DNA from: an uncultured Chloroflexia bacterium | GTDB taxonomy: Bacteria; Chloroflexota; Limnocylindria; Limnocylindrales; CSP1-4 | Length of the DNA: 64,000 bases | NCBI GenBank assembly: GCA_963749705.1 | Contig: CAVVNQ010000018.1 | Coordinates: 32,001-96,000 of the forward strand | Direction: 5' to 3' | Part shown: one piece after another, positions 11,947 through 22,137 of the stretch | Layout: each line of letters begins with the position of its first letter | Numbering within the stretch: the first letter of the stretch is position 1 | Program-made: the position numbers and the translations under genes | Notes under the pieces: model-generated | The model's database searches: none | What the model saw: only the letters and a program-made list of their open reading frames with translations | Told to the model about the DNA's origin: nothing

Positions 11947-14004
11947 GTGGGGAATAGCTCGCATCGCGCGCCCGAGGCCACCCGCGACTCGCAGATCAAC
12001 GTGATCCTCGTCGAGGATCGTCCCATCGATGCCGAGCTCGTCGTGCTCGAGCTGGAGCGTGAGGGGCTCTCCCCGGAGTGGGTCCGGGTCCAGTCCGCGA
12101 CCGCGTTGATCGATGCGCTCGACACGCCCGTCGATCTCGTGCTGTCGGACTGGAGCATGCCGGGGTTTACGGGTCTCGATGCGCTCGAGATCGTCCGGTC
12201 GCATGCCGGCGATCTCCCGTTCATCCTCGTGTCCGGGAGCATCGGCGAGGAAGCCGCCATCGACGCCCTCCATCGCGGTGCCGACGACTACATCTTCAAG
12301 GACCGGATGGGGCGCCTCGGGCCAGCCGTCCGCCGGGCACTCCGCGGCCGTGAGGAGCGAGCGACGCACCACCGCATCGATCTCGAATGGCGGCGGCTGT
12401 CCGAGGCGATCGAGCAGGCGCACGACGCCGTGGTCATCACCGACACCGAGCCACAGATCCTGTACGTGAACCCTGCGTTCGAGCGGATCACCGGGTACAC
12501 CCGGGAAGAGGCGGTCGGCCAGAACCCGAGGATCGTGCAAAGCGGATCCCACCCACCGTCCTTCTACCAGGCGATGTGGGCGACCCTCACCTCGGGGGAG
12601 TCATGGGTCGCCGAGTTCACCAACCGGCGCAAGGACGGCTCCCTGTACTACATGCGCTCGAACATCTCGCCGATCCGCGGCGAGGACGGCTCGATCGCGA
12701 GCTTCGTGTCGGTCGCCCATGACGTCACGCACGAGCGCGAGCTCGAGGCCGATGCCACCAGGCTCGCACGCGAACGGGCGCTGATCCGGGACACCCTCGC
12801 ACGGCTCCCCGCGGCGGGATCGGCCGAGGCGAGGGCGGAGGGGATATGCCGCCAGGTCGTCAGCCTGTCGGGCCTGGTGGCGGTCGCGGTGGTCCTGTTC
12901 GACCACGAGGGGCTCGCGACACCCATCGCAATGGTCACCGCGGACGGGGAAGCCCAGAGCGCGCAGCGGCTGAACCGCACGCGCAGCCAGCATCTGCGGG
13001 CTCGCGCCCTCGAGGGGCCCTGGGTCGAGGCGTTCTCGGCAGGGATGACGGAGCCGTACGGTGCGGTCCACGCGAGGCTCGGCACGACGGCGCTCGCCGA
13101 GGTCCCCATCCGCCATGCGGGCGCGCTCGTCGGCATGCTGGCGGCCTTTGCCCCCGGGCCGGATTCAGTGGCGCTGCTCACCGAGACCCTGCCCGCGCTT
13201 GCCGACTTTGCCGGCCTGTCGGGGATCCTCGTCGGCCCGGCGATCGCCGAGCGGACCTCGGTGGGTCGTGTCCGCGGACGGATCACCGCGATCATCGACG
13301 AAGGAGCGTTCCACCCGGTCTTCCAGCCGATCGTGGATCTCGCCACGCACGACATCGTCGGCTTCGAGGCGCTCACCCGGTTCGATTCGGGCGAGCGACC
13401 CGACCTGGTGTTCGCGGAGGCCTGGTCCGCGAGTCTTGGCCCCGACCTCGAGATCGCGACGCTGCGTGCCGCTGTCGAGGCTTCGATGGCGCTCCCTCCG
13501 GGACGCTGGCTGAGCGTGAACCTGTCACCCGGCCTGCTCGCCGCGCGCCCGGACGTCGGGCACCTCCTGGCTGCCGCGGGGCGGCCGATCGTCGCCGAGA
13601 TCACCGAGCACGAGGTCGTCCCGGACTACGACCGGCTGCGGGCCGCCGTGCAGGGGATTGGGCCCGGCACCCGGCTCGCGGTCGACGACGCCGGAGCGGG
13701 GGTGGCCAACTTCGCCCACATCCTCGGCCTGCGAGCCCAATTCGTGAAGCTCGACATCGGGCTCGTCCGCGACATCAACCGGGACGTCGGCCGCCAGGCG
13801 CTGATGGTGGGCATGCAGCACTTCGCGCGCGCCTCCGGCTGCCGGCTGATCGCCGAGGGCATCGAGACGCAGGCCGAGGCCGACACGGTGACCGCGCTCG
13901 GCGCCGAGTTCGGGCAGGGCTACCTGTTCGGGCGCCCGGAGGCGATCGGGGCTCGGTCCGCCGACACGAGTGGTGAGGTCAAGGGAGCGTCGGACCCGGA
14001 TTGA
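11947..14004 (+). CDS. Response regulator REC-PAS-(GAF-like)-EAL, putative c-di-GMP phosphodiesterase
   Basis: REC (ILVED, LSDWSMP, GADDYIFK); PAS (YVNPAFERITGY, NRRKDGS); EAL (FQPIV, EALTRF, EITE, DDAGAG, KLD, EGIET). No GGDEF domain. GTG start is approximate. Confidence 0.88.
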   Translation: MGNSSHRAPEATRDSQINVILVEDRPIDAELVVLELEREGLSPEWVRVQSATALIDALDTPVDLVLSDWSMPGFTGLDALEIVRSHAGDLPFILVSGSIGEEAAIDALHRGADDYIFKDRMGRLGPAVRRALRGREERATHHRIDLEWRRLSEAIEQAHDAVVITDTEPQILYVNPAFERITGYTREEAVGQNPRIVQSGSHPPSFYQAMWATLTSGESWVAEFTNRRKDGSLYYMRSNISPIRGEDGSIASFVSVAHDVTHERELEADATRLARERALIRDTLARLPAAGSAEARAEGICRQVVSLSGLVAVAVVLFDHEGLATPIAMVTADGEAQSAQRLNRTRSQHLRARALEGPWVEAFSAGMTEPYGAVHARLGTTALAEVPIRHAGALVGMLAAFAPGPDSVALLTETLPALADFAGLSGILVGPAIAERTSVGRVRGRITAIIDEGAFHPVFQPIVDLATHDIVGFEALTRFDSGERPDLVFAEAWSASLGPDLEIATLRAAVEASMALPPGRWLSVNLSPGLLAARPDVGHLLAAAGRPIVAEITEHEVVPDYDRLRAAVQGIGPGTRLAVDDAGAGVANFAHILGLRAQFVKLDIGLVRDINRDVGRQALMVGMQHFARASGCRLIAEGIETQAEADTVTALGAEFGQGYLFGRPEAIGARSADTSGEVKGASDPD

Positions 14005-14029
14005 GCGTGGGCGGCGCCAGGTGCGGCCG

Positions 14030-16252
14030 TCAGGACGCCCGGTCCGTGGCGGCCGGCAGCTGCACGATGAACCGGCTCCCGGAGCCCGGCGTCGAGTCCA
14101 CGCAGACCTCTCCGCCCATCATGCGGGCGGCCTTGCGTACGATCGCGAGCCCGATCCCGGTCCCCGGATACTCCTCGTCCGAGTGGAGCCGGGTGAACAC
14201 GTCGAAGATGCTCGCCTGGTGCTCGGCGTCGATCCCGATGCCGTTGTCCTCGACGCTCAGCGTGACCTGGCCGTCGACCTCGGCGCTGGAGATCGCGACC
14301 CGGGGGCTGATGCCCTCCCGGCGATAGGTGAGCGCGTTGGACACGAGGTTGAGCAGCACCTGCTCGACCAGGAGCGGATCTCCGAGCGGCGTCGCAGCGA
14401 GGTCGTCGGCCTGGAGGCGAGCATCAGGATCCGCGAGCTGCGGTTCGAACGTGCGGCGCAGGCGCGCCACCAGCGGTTCGAGCGCAACCGGTTCCGCGCG
14501 AACCGCGCGACGGCCGAGCCGCGAGTACCTGAGCAGGTCCTCGATCAGCTGTTCCATGTGGCCGCTGGACACGACGATGTTATCGAGGTAGTGACGGCCC
14601 TCATCGTCGAGCGAACCCGCGTGCCTGGTTGCGAGGATCTGCGAGAAGCTCGACATCGCGCGCAGCGGCGCGCGAAGGTCGTGCGACACGGAGTACGCGA
14701 AGGCCTCGAGCTCCCGGTTGGCGTCGACGAGCTCCGCCGTCCTGTCCCTGACCCGCTCCTCGAGCTCCTCGGTGAGCAAGCGCAGGGCTGCCTCCGCACG
14801 CTTGCGCTGGGTGATGTCGCGCAGGATGAAGTGGATCGAGACGCCGCCCCGATCCGCGAACGGCGATGCCGCGACCTCGACGTCCACGATGGAGCCGTCG
14901 CTGATCCGCGCGATTCGCTGCTCGACCAGGGGCGCACCGGTCAGCGTGCGCTCCAGCGTGCGGATCCGGGTCCGGACAGCCCTCTGATCGGCCCGATCGA
15001 ACAGTTGGTACGGGCTCTTGCCGATCAGGTCTCGCTCGTGCAACGCACCGAACAGGGCGACTGCCGCGTCGTTGGCAAGAACGATCCGGTCACCGCGGCC
15101 GACGAGGATGGCATCGGGCGCGTGGCGCAGCAGCCCCAGGTACCGGTCTGCCGCCTCGCTGACCTCCCGATCCTTCTCCTTCAGGTCCTCGACGACGTGG
15201 ACCAGCGCCTGCCGGGACGACGACGCCTGTTCGAGGAGCACGGCCATGGTCGCCTGCGCCTCGCGCGCCTCCTCACGCGCCTGCCGCAGCGCGGTGACGT
15301 CGGTGTGCGTGCCGAGCATTCGCAGCGGAGCGCCGCGAGCGTCCCATTCGGCGATCTCACCCGACGACAGGATCCACATCCAGCCCCCGGCGGCCGTTCT
15401 CAGGCGGAACTCGATCCGGTAGTCCGGTCGCCGGCCGGCGATGTAGCCCGCGAAGGCGCCCTCGACGCGCTCGCGGTCGTCGGGATGGAGCCGTTCCAGC
15501 CAGGTGTCGTGCGTCTCGTGGAACGCGGACGGCTCGTAGCCGAGCATCCTCGCGTACTGGTCGTTGACGGTTGCCTGGCCCGTCTGGACGTTGACGTCGT
15601 ACAGGCCCTGGTCGGCAGCCTCGAGGCCCAGTCGCAGCCGTTCTTCGCGAACGCGCACCGCCGCGTCGGCTCGCTCCCGCCGCAGCCGGTTGACCATGAG
15701 GCCGCCCAGGGCGGCCGTCGCCACCGGGTTGATCAGGATGACGGGAAGGCTGATGGCACCCAGCACCTTCCATGCCGTGTCCCCGGGCAGGGTCAGCATG
15801 AGCAGGAGCATCACGGCGTGGACCACCAGGCCCAGCGCGTAGAGCTCCCTGAGCGACATCGATTCGAGGGACTCGTGCCGCAGCCTGCGCCACGTGACGC
15901 CGATCAGCCCCGATGCGAGGATGACGGCTGCCCCGGCGCCTGCGGCCACGCCACCCTGGGACAGGCGGAATGCCGCCGTCATCACGATCGCCACGGCGGT
16001 GGGGATCGGTCCGAACACGAGGCCTGCGATCGCAAGCAGCACCGAACGGGTGTCGAGGACGACGCCCGGCTCGAACACCCATGGGGTGAGCATGATCAAG
16101 ATCCCGATCGACCCGATCAGGACGCCCATGACGGGACGTGCCAGGGCCGCCTTTCGCAGCGGCCAATGCGCGCTCGCCAGGTCGTAGATGAGGGCGATGC
16201 TCAGCAGCAGGGCCGCATTCTGGAGCAGCGGCAGGAACCCGAGGTCAGCCAT
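14030..16252 (-). CDS. Sensor histidine kinase: 5TM LytS/YhcK-type input, two PAS domains, HisKA and HATPase
   Basis: N-terminal TM region with DTRSVLL; PAS LHPDDRERV; H-box FAYSVSHDLRAPLR; N-box NLVSNA; DNGIGI and GTGIGL. Confidence 0.92.
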   Translation of the reverse strand: MADLGFLPLLQNAALLLSIALIYDLASAHWPLRKAALARPVMGVLIGSIGILIMLTPWVFEPGVVLDTRSVLLAIAGLVFGPIPTAVAIVMTAAFRLSQGGVAAGAGAAVILASGLIGVTWRRLRHESLESMSLRELYALGLVVHAVMLLLMLTLPGDTAWKVLGAISLPVILINPVATAALGGLMVNRLRRERADAAVRVREERLRLGLEAADQGLYDVNVQTGQATVNDQYARMLGYEPSAFHETHDTWLERLHPDDRERVEGAFAGYIAGRRPDYRIEFRLRTAAGGWMWILSSGEIAEWDARGAPLRMLGTHTDVTALRQAREEAREAQATMAVLLEQASSSRQALVHVVEDLKEKDREVSEAADRYLGLLRHAPDAILVGRGDRIVLANDAAVALFGALHERDLIGKSPYQLFDRADQRAVRTRIRTLERTLTGAPLVEQRIARISDGSIVDVEVAASPFADRGGVSIHFILRDITQRKRAEAALRLLTEELEERVRDRTAELVDANRELEAFAYSVSHDLRAPLRAMSSFSQILATRHAGSLDDEGRHYLDNIVVSSGHMEQLIEDLLRYSRLGRRAVRAEPVALEPLVARLRRTFEPQLADPDARLQADDLAATPLGDPLLVEQVLLNLVSNALTYRREGISPRVAISSAEVDGQVTLSVEDNGIGIDAEHQASIFDVFTRLHSDEEYPGTGIGLAIVRKAARMMGGEVCVDSTPGSGSRFIVQLPAATDRAS

Positions 16253-16527
16253 CGACGATCACGTGGCGGCGCCAGCCTGCGCCGGTGTCACGGGCGGCTG
16301 TGCCTCCCGACCGGCGAGCATCGGCCCGCGACGGGGCGGAATGCCGGGATCGGACGCGGGTCGGGAGCGGCGATCGGTCGCATCGAAATGACGGGCACCT
16401 GGCGATTGGAGGACGGGTCGAGGCTAGGCTGCGGGGCGTGATCCACCAACCAACCAAACGTCCCATATCAGACCCGCCGTCCCTCCCGGCCGCCGCGTGC
16501 CGGACCGTGCGGACGGCGCTCGCGTCG

Positions 16528-16557
16528 TTGACACCCGGAACGGCCGACCGGTAGACT
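16528..16557 (+). promoter_or_regulatory. Sigma70-type promoter of hrcA-grpE-dnaK
   Basis: TTGACA (16528-16533), 18 nt, TAGACT (16552-16557). Confidence 0.85.
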
Positions 16558-16567
16558 GTCCCCATCG

Positions 16568-16594
16568 TTAGCACTCTCAAGGTGCGAGTGCCAA
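16568..16594 (+). promoter_or_regulatory. CIRCE element (HrcA operator)
   Basis: TTAGCACTC-N9-GAGTGCCAA, one mismatch to the consensus TTAGCACTC-N9-GAGTGCTAA, directly upstream of hrcA. Confidence 0.95.
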
Positions 16595-16613
16595 CCAATT
16601 CCGGAGAGGCTAG

Positions 16614-17675
16614 ATGGCGCGTCGCGTGCGCTCCAGCGGCCCCCTTGACCTTCGCTCCCAGGCGATCCTTCGGGCCGTCATCGAGGAATACGTCACCACC
16701 GCTGCGCCGGTCGGCAGCCACGCTCTGGTCGAGCGCTTCCATCTGGGCGTGTCCAGCGCCACCGTCCGCAGCATCCTCGCCGAGCTCGAAGCGGCCGGCC
16801 TGCTGACCCATCCCCACACGTCGGCGGGTCGGGTCCCCACCGAGCAGGGCTACCGCTACTACGTCGAATCCATCGTGGACAACGTGCCCCTGCCGCCGGT
16901 CGAGCAGCTCATGATCCGGCACCAGTTCGGGCAGGTGGAGTTTGCGAGCGAGCACTGGTTCCGGCTGGCCGCGACCACGCTGGCATCGGTGACCCGCGCG
17001 GCGGGGCTCGCGACGCCCGCCAAGCCACGGTCCGCGCACCTTCGTCGGCTGGACCTGGTCTCGATCAGCGACCGGTTGGCGAGCCTGATCCTCGTGCTCC
17101 GCGAGGGCTCCCTCAAGCAGGTGCTCGTATCGCTCGACGAGGCGGTCGACCAGGAGGCGCTGTCCGCGGTCGCGAACCGCCTCAACGAGCTGCTGGACGA
17201 CCACACGGGCGCCGAGGCGGCGCGTGCCCTGGAGTCGCTCGACCCGGCCGATCCGGGGCTCGACCTTCACCGCCGCGTCGGCGAGCGCGTCGTGCGGGCG
17301 CTCGACGAGTTCGACGGCTCGGCGATCGAGGAGCTGTTCTCGGACGGGCTGCTCAACGTGATGGCCGCGCCCGAGTTTGCCCAGAGCGAGCGATTGCGCC
17401 GGGTGTTCGCGGCGCTCGAGAACCGGATGTACCTGGCCGAGCTCATCGACGATGTCGCCGGTGCGGGACGCGTGTGCGTGTTCATCGGCCACGAGAACTC
17501 GGCCGAGGACATGGCGGACGTCTCGCTGGTGCTTGCCCCGTACGGGCAGCCCGGACGTGCCGTCGGCGTCGTCGGGGTGCTGGGGCCGACCCGGATGGCG
17601 TATCCGCAGGCCATCGGCACCGTCCGCTTCATCTCCGGGCTCATGAACGAGCTCATCGACCACCTCTACGCCTGA
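16614..17675 (+). CDS. hrcA: Heat-inducible transcription repressor HrcA
   Basis: VSSATVR, HPHTSAGRVPT and GVLGPTRMAY; CIRCE upstream. Confidence 0.97.
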   Translation: MARRVRSSGPLDLRSQAILRAVIEEYVTTAAPVGSHALVERFHLGVSSATVRSILAELEAAGLLTHPHTSAGRVPTEQGYRYYVESIVDNVPLPPVEQLMIRHQFGQVEFASEHWFRLAATTLASVTRAAGLATPAKPRSAHLRRLDLVSISDRLASLILVLREGSLKQVLVSLDEAVDQEALSAVANRLNELLDDHTGAEAARALESLDPADPGLDLHRRVGERVVRALDEFDGSAIEELFSDGLLNVMAAPEFAQSERLRRVFAALENRMYLAELIDDVAGAGRVCVFIGHENSAEDMADVSLVLAPYGQPGRAVGVVGVLGPTRMAYPQAIGTVRFISGLMNELIDHLYA

Positions 17676-17701
17676 CCGCGTCAACGACCCACTGGAGATC
17701 C

Positions 17702-18328
17702 ATGACCCGCAAGACCCGCGCCGAAGAGCGAATCGAGGCGCTCGACGTCTCACCCAGCGCCCTGAGCGCCAGGCTCGAGGCCATGACCGCCGAGCGCGAC
17801 GACGCGCTGGCGAAGGTCGACGAGTACCTCGGCCTGCTCCAGCGAGAGCGAGCCGAGTTCACCAACTTCCGCCGCCGCACGAGCGAGGAGCGGCAGCGGG
17901 AGCTGGGGCTCGCCGGAGAGGACCTGATCCGCAAGGTGCTCGCCCTCGCGGACGACTTCGACCGCGCGATCGAGACGCGCCCCGCCGAGCACGAGGGCGA
18001 CGCGTGGGTCGAGGGGATTGCCGCGATCGACCGCAAGCTGCGGGCCCTGCTGGAGAGCGAAGGCGTGACGGCCGTCGACTCGGCACCCGGTACGCCGTTT
18101 GACCCGCGCGAGCACGAGGCCATCGTGAGCGTCCCCGGCACCGGCCGCCGCGAGGGCGAGATCGTGGAGGAGATCCGCCGGGGCTACCGGCTCCGCGAAC
18201 GTCTCGTGAGACCCGCGCTGGTCGCGGTCGCCGCCGGCGGCGATGCCGGCAACGGCCCCGGCGTCGGCAACGGCCCCGGCTCCGCCGACGCCCCCGGCCC
18301 CGGTCCGGGCGCCGGCCCCGTCAACTGA
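17702..18328 (+). CDS. grpE: Nucleotide exchange factor GrpE
   Basis: RAEFTNFRRR, FDPREHEA and RRGYRLRERLVRPALV. ATG 17702 follows GGAG. The Gly/Pro-rich tail contains an 18-bp duplication (18247-18280). Confidence 0.95.
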   Translation: MTRKTRAEERIEALDVSPSALSARLEAMTAERDDALAKVDEYLGLLQRERAEFTNFRRRTSEERQRELGLAGEDLIRKVLALADDFDRAIETRPAEHEGDAWVEGIAAIDRKLRALLESEGVTAVDSAPGTPFDPREHEAIVSVPGTGRREGEIVEEIRRGYRLRERLVRPALVAVAAGGDAGNGPGVGNGPGSADAPGPGPGAGPVN

Positions 18329-18381
18329 TCATCAACCCGTAGTCCACGACTTCCCCTTCGACCATCCAGGAGACATCCCAC

Positions 18382-20328
<1,947 letters not shown>

Positions 20329-20352
20329 CCCAGGCCTCGTCACTGCGGAACG

Positions 20353-20386
20353 CGGCTCGCCGACGCGCGTCGGCGAGCCGTTTCTC
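20353..20386 (+). terminator. Putative intrinsic terminator after dnaK
   Basis: Perfect 28-bp palindrome CGGCTCGCCGACGCGCGTCGGCGAGCCG followed by TTTCTC. Confidence 0.75.
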
Positions 20387-20466
20387 GTGGCGCCGCTGCC
20401 GTGCGCGCCGTTTCTCGTGCGCCGCAGCTCGGCGCGCGACAGCTCGGCGCGCGAGGCCGCGAGGCC
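20377..20466. repeat. Cluster of short direct duplications
   Basis: gccgtttctcgtg x2 (20377, 20407); cagctcggcgcgcga tandem x2 (20425-20454); gcgaggcc x2 (20451-20466). Confidence 0.8.
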
Positions 20467-20469
20467 GCC

Positions 20470-20638
20470 CCGATTTCTGTCATTCAGTACTCACGCGCCT
20501 GTTCGGCGCCGCCGCTGGACGCGGTAGGCCCTGAGCGGGGTCAACCAGCCACGACGCGGCTAGATGTCCCCGATTCGGTGTCGCGAGCGGCTCGTACGGT
20601 GCCTTGCAGCCGAGTGGGTACTCGGTGACACAAACAGG
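20470..20638. repeat. Three-box inverted-repeat element, copy A (overlaps the 3' end of the HTH-nuclease gene)
   Basis: 28-bp imperfect terminal inverted repeats at 20470-20497 and 20611-20638, plus an internal direct box at about 20540-20558. Homologous to 50016-50173. Confidence 0.8.
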
Positions 20639-21279
20639 ATGCCGGCCACGGCGCGATCCGGCGCGGCGCACCAACGCCGCATCTCGACGGTTCGGCCGGG
20701 AAGCGCCGCAGAGAAGGTATCGGCGTGCCGTTCGATGCGCCTGCGCGAGGTCTTGTCGCCCGGCACGACCAGCCAGCGCGAGATCGAATGAGCGGGCCAG
20801 CCTCGCTCGCGCGCCACGCTTTTTGCCAGCCGGGTCTTGCGATCGATCCCTGCCAGCGTTGCCTGTACGTCGGGGACGGTGCTCTTGACCTCGACCACGA
20901 GCAACGCACCGGTCTGCCGGTGCGTGGCGAGAATGTCGATCGACCCTCGTTCGCCATAGACGTTGAAGGTCACCTCGGGTGCGACCTCCCAGCCACGGCG
21001 GCGAAGGATGCGCGAGACGCGCTCGACGATCTCCGCGTGGCCTGCGTCCAGTAGACGATCGACGTCCTCTCCGTGACTCATCACCCGAACGCTGACCCTC
21101 GCCCCGAGCGCCGCCAGCACCAGGGCCAGCGTCCGCACCGTCAGGCGGTCACCACGACCGCGCTCGATCCGCGAGATTGCCGTCTGCGAGATGCCCGCCG
21201 CTTCGGCCAGCCGTGCCTGGGTCCAGCCGCGCCGCCGACGCAGGGCGCGAAGCGACAGGCCGAAGCGCACCGGATCCAT
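20560..21279 (-). CDS. XRE-family HTH fused to a PD-(D/E)xK (DUF559/Vsr-like) nuclease-fold domain
   Basis: LRALRRRRGWTQARLAEAAGISQTAISRIERG (HTH_3-like), then PEVTF...GSIDILA...VVEVKS (E-D-ExK). Start is ATG 21279 or 21285. Confidence 0.8.
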   Translation of the reverse strand: MDPVRFGLSLRALRRRRGWTQARLAEAAGISQTAISRIERGRGDRLTVRTLALVLAALGARVSVRVMSHGEDVDRLLDAGHAEIVERVSRILRRRGWEVAPEVTFNVYGERGSIDILATHRQTGALLVVEVKSTVPDVQATLAGIDRKTRLAKSVARERGWPAHSISRWLVVPGDKTSRRRIERHADTFSAALPGRTVEMRRWCAAPDRAVAGILFVSPSTHSAARHRTSRSRHRIGDI

Positions 21280-21383
21280 CCGCATACGATCGCGAGCGCC
21301 GCTCACCGCCGGCTCACTCCGATCCGGATGACCCGGGTCTCGGTCGACATCGCGGAGTCCCGGCCCGCGACGCAACGTGCGCG

Positions 21384-21413
21384 TTGACAGTACCAAGTTT
21401 TTGTCGCTACGAT
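21384..21413 (+). promoter_or_regulatory. Sigma70-type promoter of the tetR-men operon
   Basis: TTGACA (21384-21389), 18 nt, TACGAT (21408-21413). Confidence 0.8.
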
Positions 21414-21423
21414 GGGACCGCAA

Positions 21424-21443
21424 CCGACCGACCGGTCGGTCGG
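21424..21443. promoter_or_regulatory. Putative TetR operator
   Basis: Perfect 20-bp palindrome CCGACCGACC|GGTCGGTCGG just downstream of the predicted TSS and upstream of tetR. Confidence 0.75.
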
Positions 21444-21474
21444 CCCAGATCGATGCAGCGGACATGTGGATCGG

Positions 21475-22137
21475 ATGACCAGGACGGATCCAACCGAGCA
21501 GAGCCGCAGCCGGCGGGAGCGGATCCTCGACGCAGCGTTCCACGCGTTCTCGACGCGCGGCTACCGAGACACCGCGATGGACGAGATCGCCGGCGCCTCG
21601 GAGACGTCGAAGGGCGGGGTGTACTTCCACTTCCCGACCAAGGAGGCGATCTTCCGCGAGCTGATGCAGACGACCGCCGACAAGCTGGTGGCGCGCGTCG
21701 AGCGGGCGGTCGAGCTCGAGACGGAGCCGGTTGCGCGAGCGGAGGCCGCACTGCGCGCGGTGCTCACCACGTTCTCCGGGCACCGAACGATGGCGCGGCT
21801 GCTGTTCCTCGACACGATCGGGGCCGGACGCGTGTTCCAGTCCGAGACGAACGCGCTGCACGACCGGTTCAGCCGCCTGATCCAGGGGTACCTCGATGAC
21901 GCGGTCGCGGCGGGCGCGATCCCGCCGATCGACACCCGCGTAACGAGCATCGCATGGTTCGGCGCGCTCAACGAGCTGGTCGCCCGGTGGCTCCTCGCGG
22001 ACCAGCCAAGCCCGCTCGAGGATGCGTACCCCGCGCTGCGGGCGGTCCTGCTGCGCAGCGTCGGTGTATCCGAGGAGCGGATCGGCCCGGCGCCGATGCC
22101 GACGGCAGGCCGCGAGTTCCCGGAGAAGGGTCGATGA
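21475..22137 (+). CDS. TetR/AcrR family transcriptional regulator
   Basis: RERILDAA..F..RGY..TAMDEIA...SKGGVYFHFPTKEAIF; stop overlaps the menF start (ATGA). Confidence 0.93.
   Translation: MTRTDPTEQSRSRRERILDAAFHAFSTRGYRDTAMDEIAGASETSKGGVYFHFPTKEAIFRELMQTTADKLVARVERAVELETEPVARAEAALRAVLTTFSGHRTMARLLFLDTIGAGRVFQSETNALHDRFSRLIQGYLDDAVAAGAIPPIDTRVTSIAWFGALNELVARWLLADQPSPLEDAYPALRAVLLRSVGVSEERIGPAPMPTAGREFPEKGR

Noticed and set aside
16445-16456. (CCAA)3 microsatellite upstream of the kinase
   Set aside because: Too short to suggest phase variation.
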